Shown here in pieces: positions 24,200-38,775 of a stretch of DNA of 64,000 nt. Source of the stretch: Octopus vulgaris (Eukaryota); contig OX597839.1 of the NCBI GenBank assembly GCA_951406725.2, forward strand, positions 3,100,001 to 3,164,000, in the 5' to 3' direction. The notes beneath the pieces are model-generated. The model made no database searches and was not told where the DNA came from. It worked only from the letters and a program-made list of their open reading frames with translations. How positions within the stretch are numbered: position 1 is the first letter of the stretch; the number at the start of each line of letters is the position of its first letter. Both the position numbers and the translations under genes were made by a program.

Positions 24200-25055
24200 T
24201 TTACATTTTCTGTTAATTTTATATTATAGCTTCTTTTACCTGTATCGATTGCTAATCCTCCAGACTTATGAGATTTATCAGGTGTATCAGACGTATTTAG
24301 TACTTGGTGGGTCGTTTATGGTCATTTCTAAGTTTGATCGGGCCAGTGGCTCGTGTGTCAATTCTACTCATCTGATTATTAGTACAAATAACCTTAAGTT
24401 TAATGCTATGGTGGTAAAATATCACTTGATAACCACTTCGTTTGAGGACTTCATTGTAATATTCTGCATTATTTAAGAATATCATTTGTTTGGTGAAAAG
24501 ATTAGAGATTCTAATAGATATATTCTTTACTATGCCGTTCCTAACTGAAAATGGATGGTTAAAGGATCGATGGATGTACTGTAGATTCTCGTTTGGCTTA
24601 TGACAGAAGCGGTGTGTTTGTCAGATTAATCAAAGGTTTGGTCAAGAAAATTAACAGTAGTATTTCCAATTTCCGAACGAGATAGTTAGATTAACGTTTT
24701 TGAAAAACCTGTGTAATTTCTTCCTTAATCTTTCTAAGGACGAGGAAGCGTGGTTCGAAACCGTAATTTGAATGTCATCTCCACTGATATGTGGGAAGAA
24801 TTTGCATAGTTCATATAAAATATATAGACCTACAAGGTCAGTAACCTGAACAGAGTCAGATGAGCCCATAGCAACATTGAACTGATTATCACGGAACGCG
24901 CGGGTATCAGGGTATATAAATTTTGTCATTAAAAATATATAAATTTTGTCATTAGAGATTTAAAAAAAATTTCTAGCCTTATTCAGCAGAAAAGGATATA
25001 TCGTGGAAAGACAGTTATTTATGTTAAACTGGAGGAGAGCTATTTTATTATTCTT
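24200..25055 (-). pseudogene. Decayed Penelope-like RT/thumb fragment
   Basis: FNVAMGSSDSVQVTDLVGLYILYEL...LERLRKKLHRFFK; YYNEVLKRSGY. Confidence 0.72.
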
Positions 25056-25219
25056 GTTATCTTAATGGGACAATCGATAACTTCACCAGAATTAACCCAT
25101 AGGCTGAAACTGATGAACTGTTTAACATAAATGTAACATGAAATATATAATACGTACATACATACGTACGTGCGGACATACAGATATACATATACATATA
25201 TATGTATGTGTGTGTATAC

Positions 25220-25259
<40 letters not shown>

Positions 25260-25389
25260 TCAAATAAACAAATAAAACCATCTGAGCTAGATATGTAAAA
25301 TATACATATACATCTCTTTCTTTCTCTGTCTCTCTGTCTCTCTGTCTCTCTCTCTCTCTCTATATATATATATAAATATATATATATAT

Positions 25390-25511
25390 ATCACCGTGAT
25401 CACTGTGACCGCCCAGGCTATCAGATGTTGTTACACATCGCTGGTCACAATGCGCTTCGCATTGTTTTAGCCTTTGAATGACGCCACCCCGCTGGCTAAG
25501 CGAGCAGGCCA

Positions 25512-25512
<1 letters not shown>
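25390..25512 (-). mobile_element. SINE tail W fragment
   Basis: Reverse complement of 59113-59236. Confidence 0.75.
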
Positions 25513-25578
<66 letters not shown>

Positions 25579-26389
25579 CATGTATGTATGTATATACATA
25601 TATAGCTAAGTAAGATTGTATAATGCTGTTCAAAGCTTGTCCACAGTTATTGGCTACCTGGTGTCATCATACACCGGTAGTGCCCTTACTACTGGATATA
25701 CATTAGGAATTCCAAAGTATTCATAAAGTTTATATAAACAGATAAATGACAAAAAAATTAAATATTGTCGTTAATTCCAATTTATATCGTTTATCTGTCT
25801 ATCTATCTATATATCTATCTACCTATCTACCTATCTATCTATCTAAGCACTACATATATCCACCCTCCCATATTCTTTTTAGATATCTATCTGTATGATA
25901 AGTCAAAATAATCACAGGAACCGTCCATAAACCCTCCTGATCCTTCTGATTGGTGCAACTGGTAAATATCCCTTCGCTAAACATTCCATACATCCAGAAC
26001 ACTAATAGAACTTTTTCCTGAAGAAAACAACACAAGTATTAATATTCCCGTTAAAATCCATGGATTTTGCAAATCATATTTGTAATATTCTATAGATGTG
26101 GAATATAATAACTAAAGCATGAGTTTTGTGGAAACGTGCGTAGCTATGCATTAACGGATTTATAAATTTCCAACCCAAAGACTGTTATTATTATATTCAT
26201 CCTACGCTATAGTGGCACCAGAGTAATAACCTTCCCATAAAATTAATCTGGAAGATGGGAACAATAAGCACTAGTCGGAATAAATAGCATAGGAGCTTTT
26301 TATGAGCGCACTCAAAAACGTTTCACAAAAACGAATTTATCTATTGATGTGTGTGTATACATACATACATACATACATACATACATACA

Positions 26390-26491
<102 letters not shown>

Positions 26492-27009
26492 ATGGTTAAA
26501 TTAGGAAATGGAGTCATACGCAGGTGTTATTCAAATAATTTATACTTCCAACATATGTTTCGAAGAAAGCATTGAAATTATTTCGGAGGGAATAAAAATG
26601 ATGTAAAACAATGTAATCATCTCGCCAGGGGAAAAAAAAGAGAAACAAAACACATCAATAAGCCATTTTAACCGAATATAATTACCATGTATATGATTAT
26701 ATGATGAAGGTGAACGCTAGCAAGTTATGTTTTTTAATAAACCGTTAATAGATTTAACGTCAAAGGTAAAATAGAGAAAGACAAGGAGGAGAAAGAAAGA
26801 AATTAGCAGAAAATTAAGATTGGGAAAATATGGTGTGATAAATGAATGGGAATAACGTTTAAAAGCGTGGAAATAGATATATGTACTGAAGATGAAATGT
26901 AAGAAGACAGCTAAAGGTCGAATTTTATAGATTGGTAGAAATTAATTACAGGAACTAAAGGTATGTTTTTGCCAATGTTTACAACGATAAACGCCAGGTG
27001 CTCAGGTGC

Positions 27010-27138
27010 ACCACAAATGTATTCTCCGTGAAAAGGATACGAAATTGTTCTTGGTTACAGAGCGGACAAAAATATTTACCTTTGTCATATGGGAAGGATC
27101 TCGATAGAATTTTCCATTCCAAATCGAATTTCTCAATC
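27010..27138 (-). pseudogene. Penelope-like ORF C-terminal remnant
   Basis: LEWKILSRSFPYDKGKYFCPLCNQEQFRIL fits the WKIL..PY..CxLC..EK..I pattern of PLE endonuclease ends. Confidence 0.55.
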
Positions 27139-27277
27139 TCTCTCTCTCTCTCTCGAACGATCGATTTATATATATATATATTGTGTGTGTGTGTATGCTT
27201 GCAACGGTGTATGCATGCATTTATTTGAGCATACACATGTATGTGTATGTTCCTTTGTGTGTATGCATCTATCTATA

Positions 27278-27312
<35 letters not shown>

Positions 27313-27334
27313 ATATATATATATATATATATAT

Positions 27335-27417
<83 letters not shown>

Positions 27418-27787
27418 CTATCTATCTATCTATCTATTTATCTATCTATCTATCTGTTTATATATCTATCTGTCTGTTTGTCTACTTATCTACATTGCTA
27501 GCTAGCTAGCTTTCTGTCTTTGTTTATCTCTCTCTCTGTCTCTCTCTCTCTCTCACCCTCATTCTCTCTCTATCTCCATCTGTGTCTCTCTTTATCTGTC
27601 AGTGCTTGGTTGCAAAGTGCTATGGACCACCAGCCAACTTTATCTCCAATATGGCTACGTTCCAAGGTTTCTTCTAGTGCTGTTTTTCTATTTATTCTCT
27701 GATCTAATGTATGGTTTACGTCACCGGACAGTCGCAGAAATGTTTTTAATACTAAGCAATATTTCCTTATGTAAGATGTCAATTTCC

Positions 27788-27848
27788 ATCATCATCACCA
27801 TCATCATCATCATCATCATCATCATCATTATCATCATCAACATCATCG

Positions 27849-27893
<45 letters not shown>

Positions 27894-28095
27894 ACATCAT
27901 CATCATCATCATCAACAGCATCATCGTCATCGTCATCATCATCATGATCATCATCTCCATCACCACCTCCACCACCACCACTACTACAAGTACCATCATC
28001 ATCATCATCATCAACATCATCATCTTCGTCATCGTCCTCGCCATTATCGTCATCAACATCGTCGTCATCATCATCATCTTCGTCATTATCATCAA
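27788..28095. repeat. (CAT)n-based compound microsatellite
   Basis: Direct repeat. Confidence 0.92.
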
Positions 28096-29078
28096 CCCCT
28101 GGACGTTACTGTGTTGACATCTAGGACTCATAAAGAAGTTTATCCGATATTTATGTCATTGAAGGGATCAAATCACGACATTCGTCAGTGTTTAAACGGC
28201 TGCTCATTTACAGCGAACGGATTGTAGTAATGTGGAATGAAGTGCCTTGCTCAAGAACGCAACACATTATCCGGTCTAGAATCGTGCGCCATGTTTCTGT
28301 ACCGAGAATCGAACCAGTTTACAACACATCGTTCTCTCAACGTTCTCCAGCTTCGTTCTCCAGTTTTATTTGTTCTTCACGCAATGGTGTCGTCTGCGTT
28401 TCCCCTTCTTTACATTTTTTCTTCAATTCAATCTTTCATAATTATCCTTGCTGCTCAAGATGTTGCCTTAAAAAACAAAATTTAATATTATTTTCCTTTT
28501 CTTCTGATCTGATTCCTGTTTCTTTCTGCTGTTTGTATTGCACGCAATTTAATTGTTCGTATGAGATCCATACCAACCCTCTACATCCTTCACATCGTTA
28601 TTCTTCTTTCATACAAATATACAGAACAGCATCAGCAGAATCAGAAGCAACAACAACAGTAGCAACGGTAGCAACAGTAGCAGCATATAAAACATTGTTA
28701 ATGTCACACCTCCAGGAATCTCATTTTGTTTGATTTCACTTATATTCTGCTTCCATTTTGTTTCCTGAACCTATATGCGTGCGTACATGCATATATGTAT
28801 GAATGTATGTATGTATGTATGTATGTATGTATGTATGTATGTATGTATGTATGTATGTATGTATGTATGTTATTGTATGTATGCATGTTATTGTATGTAT
28901 GTATGTATGTATATGTATAAATACATATGTAAATACGCATATACATATGTAGGTTTATATATATGGACACTCACACTCACACACACACAAATATATATGT
29001 ATATATGTGTGTGTATGTCTGTGCACATATTTGTTTATATATTTGCATATACGTCCATATACATATGCATATATGCAT

Positions 29079-29114
<36 letters not shown>

Positions 29115-29122
29115 ATATATAC

Positions 29123-29178
<56 letters not shown>

Positions 29179-29243
29179 CATACACATACACACACATACA
29201 TACAAACATACGTACATACATACAAATAGACATACATATATAT

Positions 29244-29276
<33 letters not shown>

Positions 29277-29607
29277 CATACATACATACACACATTCGTG
29301 CGTACGCACATACACGTATACATACACACACGGATGCTGATTTCCCTGTTATGAATTGAGATGTGTTTCGATACAAATTTCTCGAATCCTCCCTCTCTTT
29401 CCGCCCTCCCTCCTCTGCGTGAAAATAACAATCTTCTTTTACTCTATGTGTACACAATCACGTGAAGAGAAACACAACAGTGAACCAATAAAAATTGAAT
29501 ATCTTTGTAGAGTACCTAGTTACCGCAAAAACGTTGAATGCTGTATGGTGGTAGTTGATGGTGAGGCAGCGGGGACGCAGAGGTGTTACTGCCACTTGCC
29601 CTCAGGT

Positions 29608-29992
29608 TCATCCTCATCATCGTCTTTATCATCATCACCATCATCATCGTCATCATCTTCCTCATCCGCTACCACTTCTTCCTCCTCCACCACCTCTTCT
29701 ATCCTTTCCTCCTCCTCCTCCTCCTCCTCCTCATCATCATCATCCTGCTTCCCCTTCCCATTTTCTCCATCCTCCTCCTTCTCCTCCTTACCATCATCAT
29801 CACCATCATCATCGTCATTATCTTCCTCATCCGCTACAACTTCTTCCTCCTCCACCACCTCTTCCATCCCTTCCTGCTCCACCACCTCTTCCATCCCTTC
29901 CTCCTCCTCCTCATCATCATCCTGCTTCCCCTTCCCATCTTCTCCCTCCTCCTCCTTCTCCTCCTTACCATCATCATCACCATCATCATCAG
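29608..29992. repeat. (CAT/CCT)n low-complexity tract with about 170-bp tandem duplication
   Basis: cttcctcatccgcta...cctgcttccccttccca...ctcctccttacca occurs twice. Confidence 0.8.
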
Positions 29993-30274
29993 CAACAGAA
30001 TCTACTTGAGGAGTGAAAAAGAAAAACACTATCTCAAATATTTTAACATGTCCGACCTACCATCTGTTCTTACGGTGGAAGGAAACACGCACATTATAAA
30101 ACCCCTTTGTTATAGCCACATTCAGGATCGTTGGGGACAAAGATCTATGGACCTTTCTTTTATAAGTGCAAACATTTTAGGCATATTATTCGCAAGAAAC
30201 TGAAGTAAATTGAGTGGTAAACTCATCGCTTCGATAAATGTGGGTTCAGGAACAGAGTTGGTGTCTTAGAAGGA

Positions 30275-30610
30275 GACCCCCTTCGGTCATGAATGACCGT
30301 GGGATTGCACCTAGAAAGTTATCCTTTGAGGCACAAGTCCGGGTAAAGTTGTTTGTGGAAAGCTAGCAGTCGCCCATGCATACCAGCCTCCTCTCTGCAC
30401 ATCACCGATATTATCCAAAGGAAAAGGCAAAAGCCGATACAGCTTGGCTCCAGTGGCATTGCAACGCATTTCTACAGCTGAGTGAACTGGAGCAACGTAA
30501 AATAAAGTGTCTTGCTCAAGAACAGAACACGAAGCCCGGTCCGGGAATCGAACTCCCAACCTCACGATCGTAAGCTCGACGCTCTAACCACTGAGCTAAG
30601 TGCCTTCACA
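30275..30610 (-). mobile_element. SINE head B + tail Y
   Basis: Head as in 23832; co-linear with 55800-56140. Confidence 0.88.
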
Positions 30611-31635
30611 GTTGGTGTCTTAATTCGCTGAATAACCTGCACGATAAATAGTATTTTAGTGAGCGTGGTTTGTGGAGAGCCAGTCTCAACCGCTTTTCCT
30701 TTAGATTTATACTGGTCTGGTGCAACAAACGCCACAAAACTAGTACTTATCAGGATCCAGGACTTGTATGGAGGTACCTTCTCTTTGATGGGTAGCTAAA
30801 TAGCTGAAGGGTTTCATCTGCCCTGTGTTTATTTGAGTTAGTTCTTCGTGAAGGTAACTCTGTGATGTGCCAGTTAACCCTTAGCTGGGGCCCTGCGAGA
30901 CGCTACTACTTCAGGTCAGAGTGAACAATAGTGGGCAAGAGTTGGTTCCACATTCTTCAAAAACCCTGGAACTTCCGAACCAGAGCTCCACTATCGGATG
31001 CACTTCAAAGTCATACCCAGGACTCAGATGAGCAGCAAAAGAGCTGGAGGCCTTCGTCTGCCCTGGATCAGTTGGGGAGTCTGTGAGCGACTTTCCCCCG
31101 GAGTTAATTCCGTGGCGTGTTAATTAACCCATACTTGAGATTCTGACAGATTCCACTACTCCAGGTCAGAGTAGACCGGGTTTGGGACCGACATAGTTAA
31201 ATTGTATATCGTCAGACATATTTTCTCTGAAAAAAAAGTTTATTTCACTACCGGATATATGAATTGGTATTTCTGAAAAGTTTCGTTTGATCCATGTGAA
31301 TTCCAGCATAATACCATATTTTAATAATTAAATTAATTCGCTGGTTATGTTCGAATGAACTCCGATAATGACAGCATCATTCAGTCAATGGTTTCCTTCG
31401 ATTTTCATGACATAAGAATCCTTTCGTCCAATAAGAACTAGAAATCTATTTGAAGGCAAATTCTTGCAACGATAAATTCTTGCTAAAAATGTGTATTGTA
31501 CCAAAAATATTTCATTATGTTCCAAAATCGTTAACGTGAAACTTAGAATTACGCTTTGTAAAAGTTTTCCTGCTTCAGAAGAATTATATATATCATGTGT
31601 GTATATGTATATATGTATGTATATATTGTATATAT

Positions 31636-31726
<91 letters not shown>

Positions 31727-32689
31727 ATATATATATATATATGAATATGCATATGCATATGTTGAGCATATACCTACCTACCTACAAACATACATGCATA
31801 TCAACACACACACATGAATATACATACATACAATATGAGATAGATGCATAGATTAAATAGAAACGCGGTATAAACGTGTATACCTTTGATTGAGTGTGTG
31901 AGTATATATATATACATATACACTTACGCACACATATATATACATACATGCATACATACATATACATACGCACATACGTACATATACATACATACACTCA
32001 CACGTACGCACACATACATGCATATCTGCATACACACATACAATGCGAGAGAGGTACATATATTAATAGAAAAATTGCATAACAGTGTATGCATGTATCT
32101 GAATACACACACACACACACACACACATTCCTTTCCGACTTCACATTTACTATTATTGTGATATCTAACAGATTCTATGGAAGTGTGATGGCTTCTTGTT
32201 CTGGTTTTTCTCTCGGTACTGGTCTCGTCTCCGAATATTTCACACGTTCATCTCATTTCCAATTTTGTGTTCTTTCCTCTTTATTTTATCATTAAATATT
32301 TTTCTCGCCTATCTTATACACAGTCGTTTGATTTGCTGGAAACATAGCCAAGTCTCTCTCAATCGGTGTCTACAAAATTATTAAAGAACACACAAAAAAA
32401 ACCCCAGAAAATATAAAAGAACACAAAGATTATAATAAGTAGGTGTAAACACATGAACAAAATAAAAATAAACAAAAACAAAGACAAAAAACAAATTACA
32501 CGAACGTATATAAACAGGAGATACAAATATCACAGACACTTCCCCCCACACACACACACACATTAACTAAACATAGACACACATAGAGGTATACGCATGC
32601 GCAAATGAAGACACATACAATAGGAATACAAAATACAAAATGACTGACCGTTAGTAAGGAGAGACACACAAATAAGAAAGAAGAAAGCA

Positions 32690-32745
32690 AAGGACCACTG
32701 ATGAGGTCACGGGAGTGTGAAGAAAGAACTCTGGCCGAAATAAGA
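32690..32745 (+). ncRNA. Partial hammerhead motif in a PLE-like terminal region
   Basis: CTGATGA ggtca...gagt/actc...tggcc GAAA; stem I/III partners not found. Confidence 0.45.
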
Positions 32746-33002
32746 TTAAGATTAATGTAAAAAATGAATAACGCTAAGGCAAAGTAACACCAAATATATC
32801 GTGCGTGTGTTTTTATTGGCTAAACTGGCAAAATGACCATTCCTAAATACAACAAAACAAAAAAAGAATATACTGGATAATGAAGTCATAAATCAGTTAC
32901 ACAAAGCTTGAAAAGAAAAAGCCGGGTTGGTCACGTTTGGCAAGCTTTTGATTATACGCCAGCTGGATCTGGAGAGAGCTAAGATTAAATAATTTCTTCT
33001 GA

Positions 33003-33210
33003 TTTTGGCACAAGACCAGCAATTCTATGGTGGATTAAATCCATTACATCACCTACAGTGTTCAACCGGTTAGTTCATATTATTTTCCGCCGAAATAAAG
33101 AAACTCAAAATCAACGTTGGCGTCATTTGAACTCAGAACGTAAATATCCAAAAGAAATGCAGCGGGAAGATTTTGTTCGATGCGCTTATTCTACTGGCTC
33201 TCCGTCTTCG
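33003..33210 (-). mobile_element. Diverged SINE family D
   Basis: atttgaactcagaacgta and ttttggcacaag motifs; other old copies at about 10785-10990, 41370-41510, 46340-46510 and 57405-57620. Confidence 0.6.
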
Positions 33211-33281
33211 CAGAGTTAAATATAAGAAATGAGATAGTAGGCGCAAGCGTGGCTATATAGTAAGAAGCCTGCTTCTGCGCA

Positions 33282-34405
33282 TGCGTCAGGTTATTTGTTG
33301 TTTTGGAGGCGTTTCCCGCTTCCAAAAATTGTGAAATTCTTTTGGAAAATTTTCTGAATTTCTACCAATTTGTGGCAGATTTTTTTGAAGTTGTGTTCCT
33401 GCTGCTGTATCCCTGTTCACTTTTGGAGTACCTTTTTTGGAGTACCTTTTTTGGAGTACCTTTTTGGAGTACCTGTTGACCAGGAGAACCGGTTGGCCGG
33501 AATTGTGTGTTCCCATGTTTTGAACTGTCTTCCTTCGTTCTTTTTCTTTTCTTTGTCTTTCTGCTCTTCTTTGTCTTACTTCGAACTGTTTTTTGACTTT
33601 GTTTGGACTTTTGCTGCTTTTATATTTTCAACTATTTCTTGAACTTTTTCTTCAAAGCATGGCGAAGAAACTGAACACTGCTTCGGAGTGGGAAAGCATC
33701 CCACCCAAGCAACGGTTAAAAACATAGAGGAAACAACGGTGGTGTTGAGGACTTATTTCTAAGTCACTCGACACCATTACGGTCTTTCCTAAGACAGAAA
33801 TAGAAAAAAGAGTTGGCAGAATATCTGCCAACTATTAAGTTTATTTCCAGGGGTGTTAGATATGCAACGGTGTGGTTGCTATTTGAAACCTCTGAGGTGG
33901 CTCGCAAATTTGCGAGCCAGCCCTTAAAAGGGCAAAAGATTCTATTCCTTGAAGAAATTAACAAGAGCTTGGGTCTGTGGGCTGTGGGCTGTGGGCTGTG
34001 GGCTGTGGGCTGCCACTGGGCATTGAACCAGAATGGATAGAGGATACTAACCGCCGGGGTCTGGGTGGCAGCGGGCTCAAGCTTTTAAATGTGAAATTGT
34101 TGTCGGCGGCTGATTGGGAGGGGTCAAAAGCGATTTTGACCCTATGGACCCAATCAGCCGCTAAAGATCTGGTATTTCCAGATTTTCTGAAAATGGCCGG
34201 TTGCAGGTACCTAGTGATACTTGAGGGACGCCCCCAAGTGTCACCTGTGCCTGGAATCGGGCCATATTTAGAAGAACTGTCCCCAGGACCAAAGTAGGGT
34301 CCTAGAGCAGTTAATAAAAACAGCGTCCCTCCTCCTTTGAAGGGAGAGATGGAGGTAGTCGAGGAGGTGGAGACTGCCTCGAAAAAAGGAAAAAAGGAAG
34401 AAGGT
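33282..34405 (+). pseudogene. L1/Tx1-like LINE 5'UTR and disrupted ORF1
   Basis: T-rich UTR with 14-bp repeats, then TVVLRTY...ISRGVRYATVWLLF...GLPLGIEPEWI...LVILEGRP plus decayed knuckle; (tgtgggc)5 slippage at 33977-34011. Confidence 0.68.
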
Positions 34406-34775
34406 GAGCAACAATGGTTATAGAAGCACTCCGTCGGTTACGACGACGAGGCTTCCAGCTGATACGATCAATGGAACTATACTAAAAGACACTTGCATAA
34501 GGTGCCACGCAGTGGGACTGAACCCGGTGCCATGTGGTTGGGAGCAGGCTTCGTACCACACGGTCACGCCTGCGCCAATATGCGAGAGACAAATAGATGC
34601 AAAAGTTAGCAATGCTGTTACATAAGTTTGAAACATCTTCCAGTTAGATATTTCGTATTTCGCTATAACAAAGTAACCACACAGCCAACTATATATATAT
34701 ATCCACACAGGCACACAAATATAAATATATTACACATAGATACACGCATTGATACATATATTATAAATGTATGCA

Positions 34776-34852
<77 letters not shown>

Positions 34853-35005
34853 CATGGATGAATGTATTTATTAACCATACATCCATATATATGTATTATA
34901 CATACAAATATCTATGTGTATTATGCGTATATATGTTTTATATACATACACATATGTCATATTCCATTATATAAGTAACATATGCATCATATATATGTTT
35001 GTGCT

Positions 35006-35040
<35 letters not shown>

Positions 35041-35337
35041 TATGCATACAAACATACATATATAAGAACATATATGTATATGCATACATTTATATATGAA
35101 CACATGCATGCATTATACATACACATATGTATATTATATAGTTATACAGAGAAACGCTTACATGTATTTTACGTGCATAGATTTATATGTATAATGCACA
35201 TATTCTATATATATTTTACATACATATACAAATATATAAAACATTTTATTGGCGTTATACATACACATACATATGTATACATCAATGTTCCTCATATGTA
35301 CACAATATTTATTGTATACATACAATACATGTATATT

Positions 35338-35416
<79 letters not shown>

Positions 35417-36345
35417 AGCCATGTGTTGAGGGTAAATCTAATCGAACACAATTATAATCTCGCCTTTCCGCCAATTCACTGCAAATTTATGGCTTTCTGC
35501 CAATATATAGGAAATCATATTTGATGTAGATCTTTTCTATGCTTCTGTCTATGCAATTGTACACTGCATGTTTGTATTAGCTTTACCAAATGCAAAGAAA
35601 AGAAATCCAATGTTGATTGCTACATCGCCAAACTTCACATTAGCTCATTTTTCTTAATGGACAAATTTTCACTGTGTTCGTTCGTTAATGTCTTTTTTTC
35701 ATGTTTCAACATTCTTGATATACTCATCTAGTTTACTTGCCAAAAACAATAACAAAGAAAAACAAACAAAATGCCAAAATTCACAATAAAGAATTCTTTA
35801 TCTCGTTTATTGACGCATCTAATTTAATGAGAATAGCAAAATTTCCTGTTGTTTTTAATTTCGTCTTGAAATTTAGTAAACGCTTCATGATTTTGCTATT
35901 TTGTTTCTCAGTATACTCCGAGCTTATATCTATATACTGTAATGAATTATGTTCCCAACATAGTACTTTGAAGAACTTAACTTTGATTTAAATTCTATAA
36001 TTCAATAACGATATAAATATAATTGTCCATGAGGCTATACTGATAAAATATAAATGTCTATGTTTTATATAATAATAACTTTTACATGCAAGTGAAATAA
36101 ACACGCCAAAACTACAAGAGCTACGCAAAAATGTTCCAAGCTTTTCTGATGTCGACTAAACCTATTGCAATCCTTCCTTGTCTGTACTCGGTATCTCAAG
36201 GCCACAAGCGTTATATATACCTATATACCACGCTCCACCCTACAGCATTCTTCTTGTTTTTCTGGATTTACGTTTCACAAATGGCGATTTTACAAAAGAT
36301 TCTGAAACAATTTATGCAACAAGAAAACAAAAATTAAGAGAGAAA

Positions 36346-36376
<31 letters not shown>

Positions 36377-36819
36377 GCGTAGGCATGCATGCACATACAT
36401 ACATACATATGTATGTGTGTGTGAGTGTGTGTGTGGCTGTATGTGTAGAAACCTACGTAGTTCAGATATACACATTTAACTAGTTCTCCGTCCGGAAAAG
36501 AAAAAAAATTATGAACAGCGTTAATCGGATTTCAGATTGCAATGACTGAACTGTCTACATTCAGCCTATCTCTTTATACAGACAGCAAATCCAGTAGCTT
36601 CAGAGAACCGGTGACACTAATTTATACACTATAGGTATTTAACACTTTATTTTAATAGGGACCCAGGCCGCACAATATCAAGGTATGATATATGTAACCC
36701 TATGTAGCAGACATATAAACATAGAAAATTTAGCTACTTCTCCAAAGATTGAAAAAAATTATATATCTATATCTATCAATCTATCGGTCTATCTCTCTCT
36801 ATATATATATTCTTTTATC

Positions 36820-37030
36820 CTTTTACTCTTTTACTTGTTTCAGTCATTTTAATGCGGACATGCTGGAGCACCACCTTTTAGTCAAGCAAATCGACACTAG
36901 GACTTATTATTTGTATTTTATTATTTTTTCGGTCTATTTTGCCGAGCTGCTAAGTGACGGGGACGTAAACACACCAGAATCTGTTGTCAAGCGATGGTGG
37001 GAGGACAAACACAGACACACAAACACACAT

Positions 37031-37112
<82 letters not shown>

Positions 37113-37267
37113 GACGGGATTATTTAGTTTCCGTCTACCAAATCCACTCACAAAGCTTTGGTCGGGCCGAGACAATAGTAGAAGACACTTGCCCAAAGTG
37201 ACACGCAGCGGGACTGAACCCGGAACCATGTGGTTGGTAAGCAAGCTACTTACCACACAGCCACTCC
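36820..37267 (-). mobile_element. SINE family A, full length
   Basis: Head-to-tail match. Confidence 0.9.
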
Positions 37268-37271
37268 ATAT

Positions 37272-37715
37272 AATTAATTAAAAAACAACGGAGAAAAAGA
37301 CAAGAAAAAACAACAACGTGAGGACGTAGCACATGTATTAATAAGACGCTCAGAGAAAAAAAGAGTGGTTGTTTTACGTTTCGAGCATAGCTCTTCTTCG
37401 AAAACAGGAAACAGGAGAGTCCAAAGGAAAAGGAAGGAAAAAAAATTGCCAACAGTCCACGTGTAGTTGCATTTTTGAAATGACCGGAAGTAGGAGAAAG
37501 AGAAAGTGTGAAGAATGGTTGTGAATGCGTGTCTGCGCGCCGCGTGTGTGTGTTGGCAAGAGTGTGTAATAGTGCGAATGTGTATGATAGCGTGCGCGTG
37601 TGTGTGGCTGTAACTGAGTGTGCGTGCGTATAGCCTGTGTGTGTAATGTCACAGTGAGAGATCAGCAGCTATAGTGACAGGTGTGTGAATGGGTGGGTGT
37701 ACAAAGAAAAGAACA
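37272..37715 (-). mobile_element. PLE-type 3' terminal fragment with HHR-like motif
   Basis: Minus strand tgttt-TCGAAGA-agagctatgctc-GAAACGTA-aaaca at 37370-37406; related pieces at 8255-8370 and 42432-42490. Confidence 0.6.
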
Positions 37716-37797
37716 AGCTTAGAACAATATCTATGAAACAAGTTCCATACTATAAACTATATGAACCAAATAAATTGCTTATTAAAAGTAAAACAAG

Positions 37798-37864
<67 letters not shown>

Positions 37865-38141
37865 TGTGTGTGCGTGTGCGTGTGCGTGCGTGTGTGTTTA
37901 TATATTTATAAGTCCTGGTGTTTATATAATAAACACAATATATGTATTTGTGTGCTTCTATTAATCTCAAGTGCTAAGAGCAGGCCAAACAGTATTTTTT
38001 AACACGTTTAGTGTCGTAGCTCTCGGCACATGAAACTAATAGCAGGACATAAATATATGTATTTATTAAATAGTATTTATCTCTCACCAGATGGAGTACT
38101 CCTTTTGTTTATCTCACACTCACGGAACAGTACACTATATG

Positions 38142-38206
<65 letters not shown>

Positions 38207-38377
38207 GTGTGTGTGTGTATCTAATAGTTGCCGTCTCTGCATGAAAGAATCACTGTATATATTATTATATAAACATAAGAATTTAATAAATTGTCCATCA
38301 GAAGCACTTTCAACATGTAGGCACAGGTTTTATAAAACCTTTAAATATCATAGGAAATCTAACAAAGATTTGGATTA

Positions 38378-38461
<84 letters not shown>

Positions 38462-38472
38462 TTTATAGAAGG

Positions 38473-38523
38473 AGCTTCTACAGGACTAGAACTGTTTCAT
38501 TCAAAAGAAATCATCAGGAAGCT
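38473..38523 (-). ncRNA. Canonical type I hammerhead ribozyme in a 250-bp insert (38458-38710) between TA tracts
   Basis: Minus strand agcttc CTGATGA tttcttttgaat GAAACAG ttctagtc CTGTA^ gaagct. Confidence 0.8.
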
Positions 38524-38726
38524 AGGTGACAAGAATAGTTTTGGCATTTATACACTTAGGCAGGTTTAAAGGGGTGGTGGTAGGGGACTTTTTGGGGTAG
38601 GCATGGCGCAAACTATCATTCTTAGGGGAGTGGTCAAAGGAATCAGTGATAAAGTAGATAAAAGAATAAATAGAATAATAGAGTTTAGGTAAATAAGGAG
38701 ACTCTCACTTATACATATATATATAT

Positions 38727-38775
<49 letters not shown>

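Noticed and set aside
29356-30203. Long Ser-, Pro/His- and acidic-rich ORFs
   Set aside because: Open in several frames because of CAT/CCT repeats; no domain or splice support
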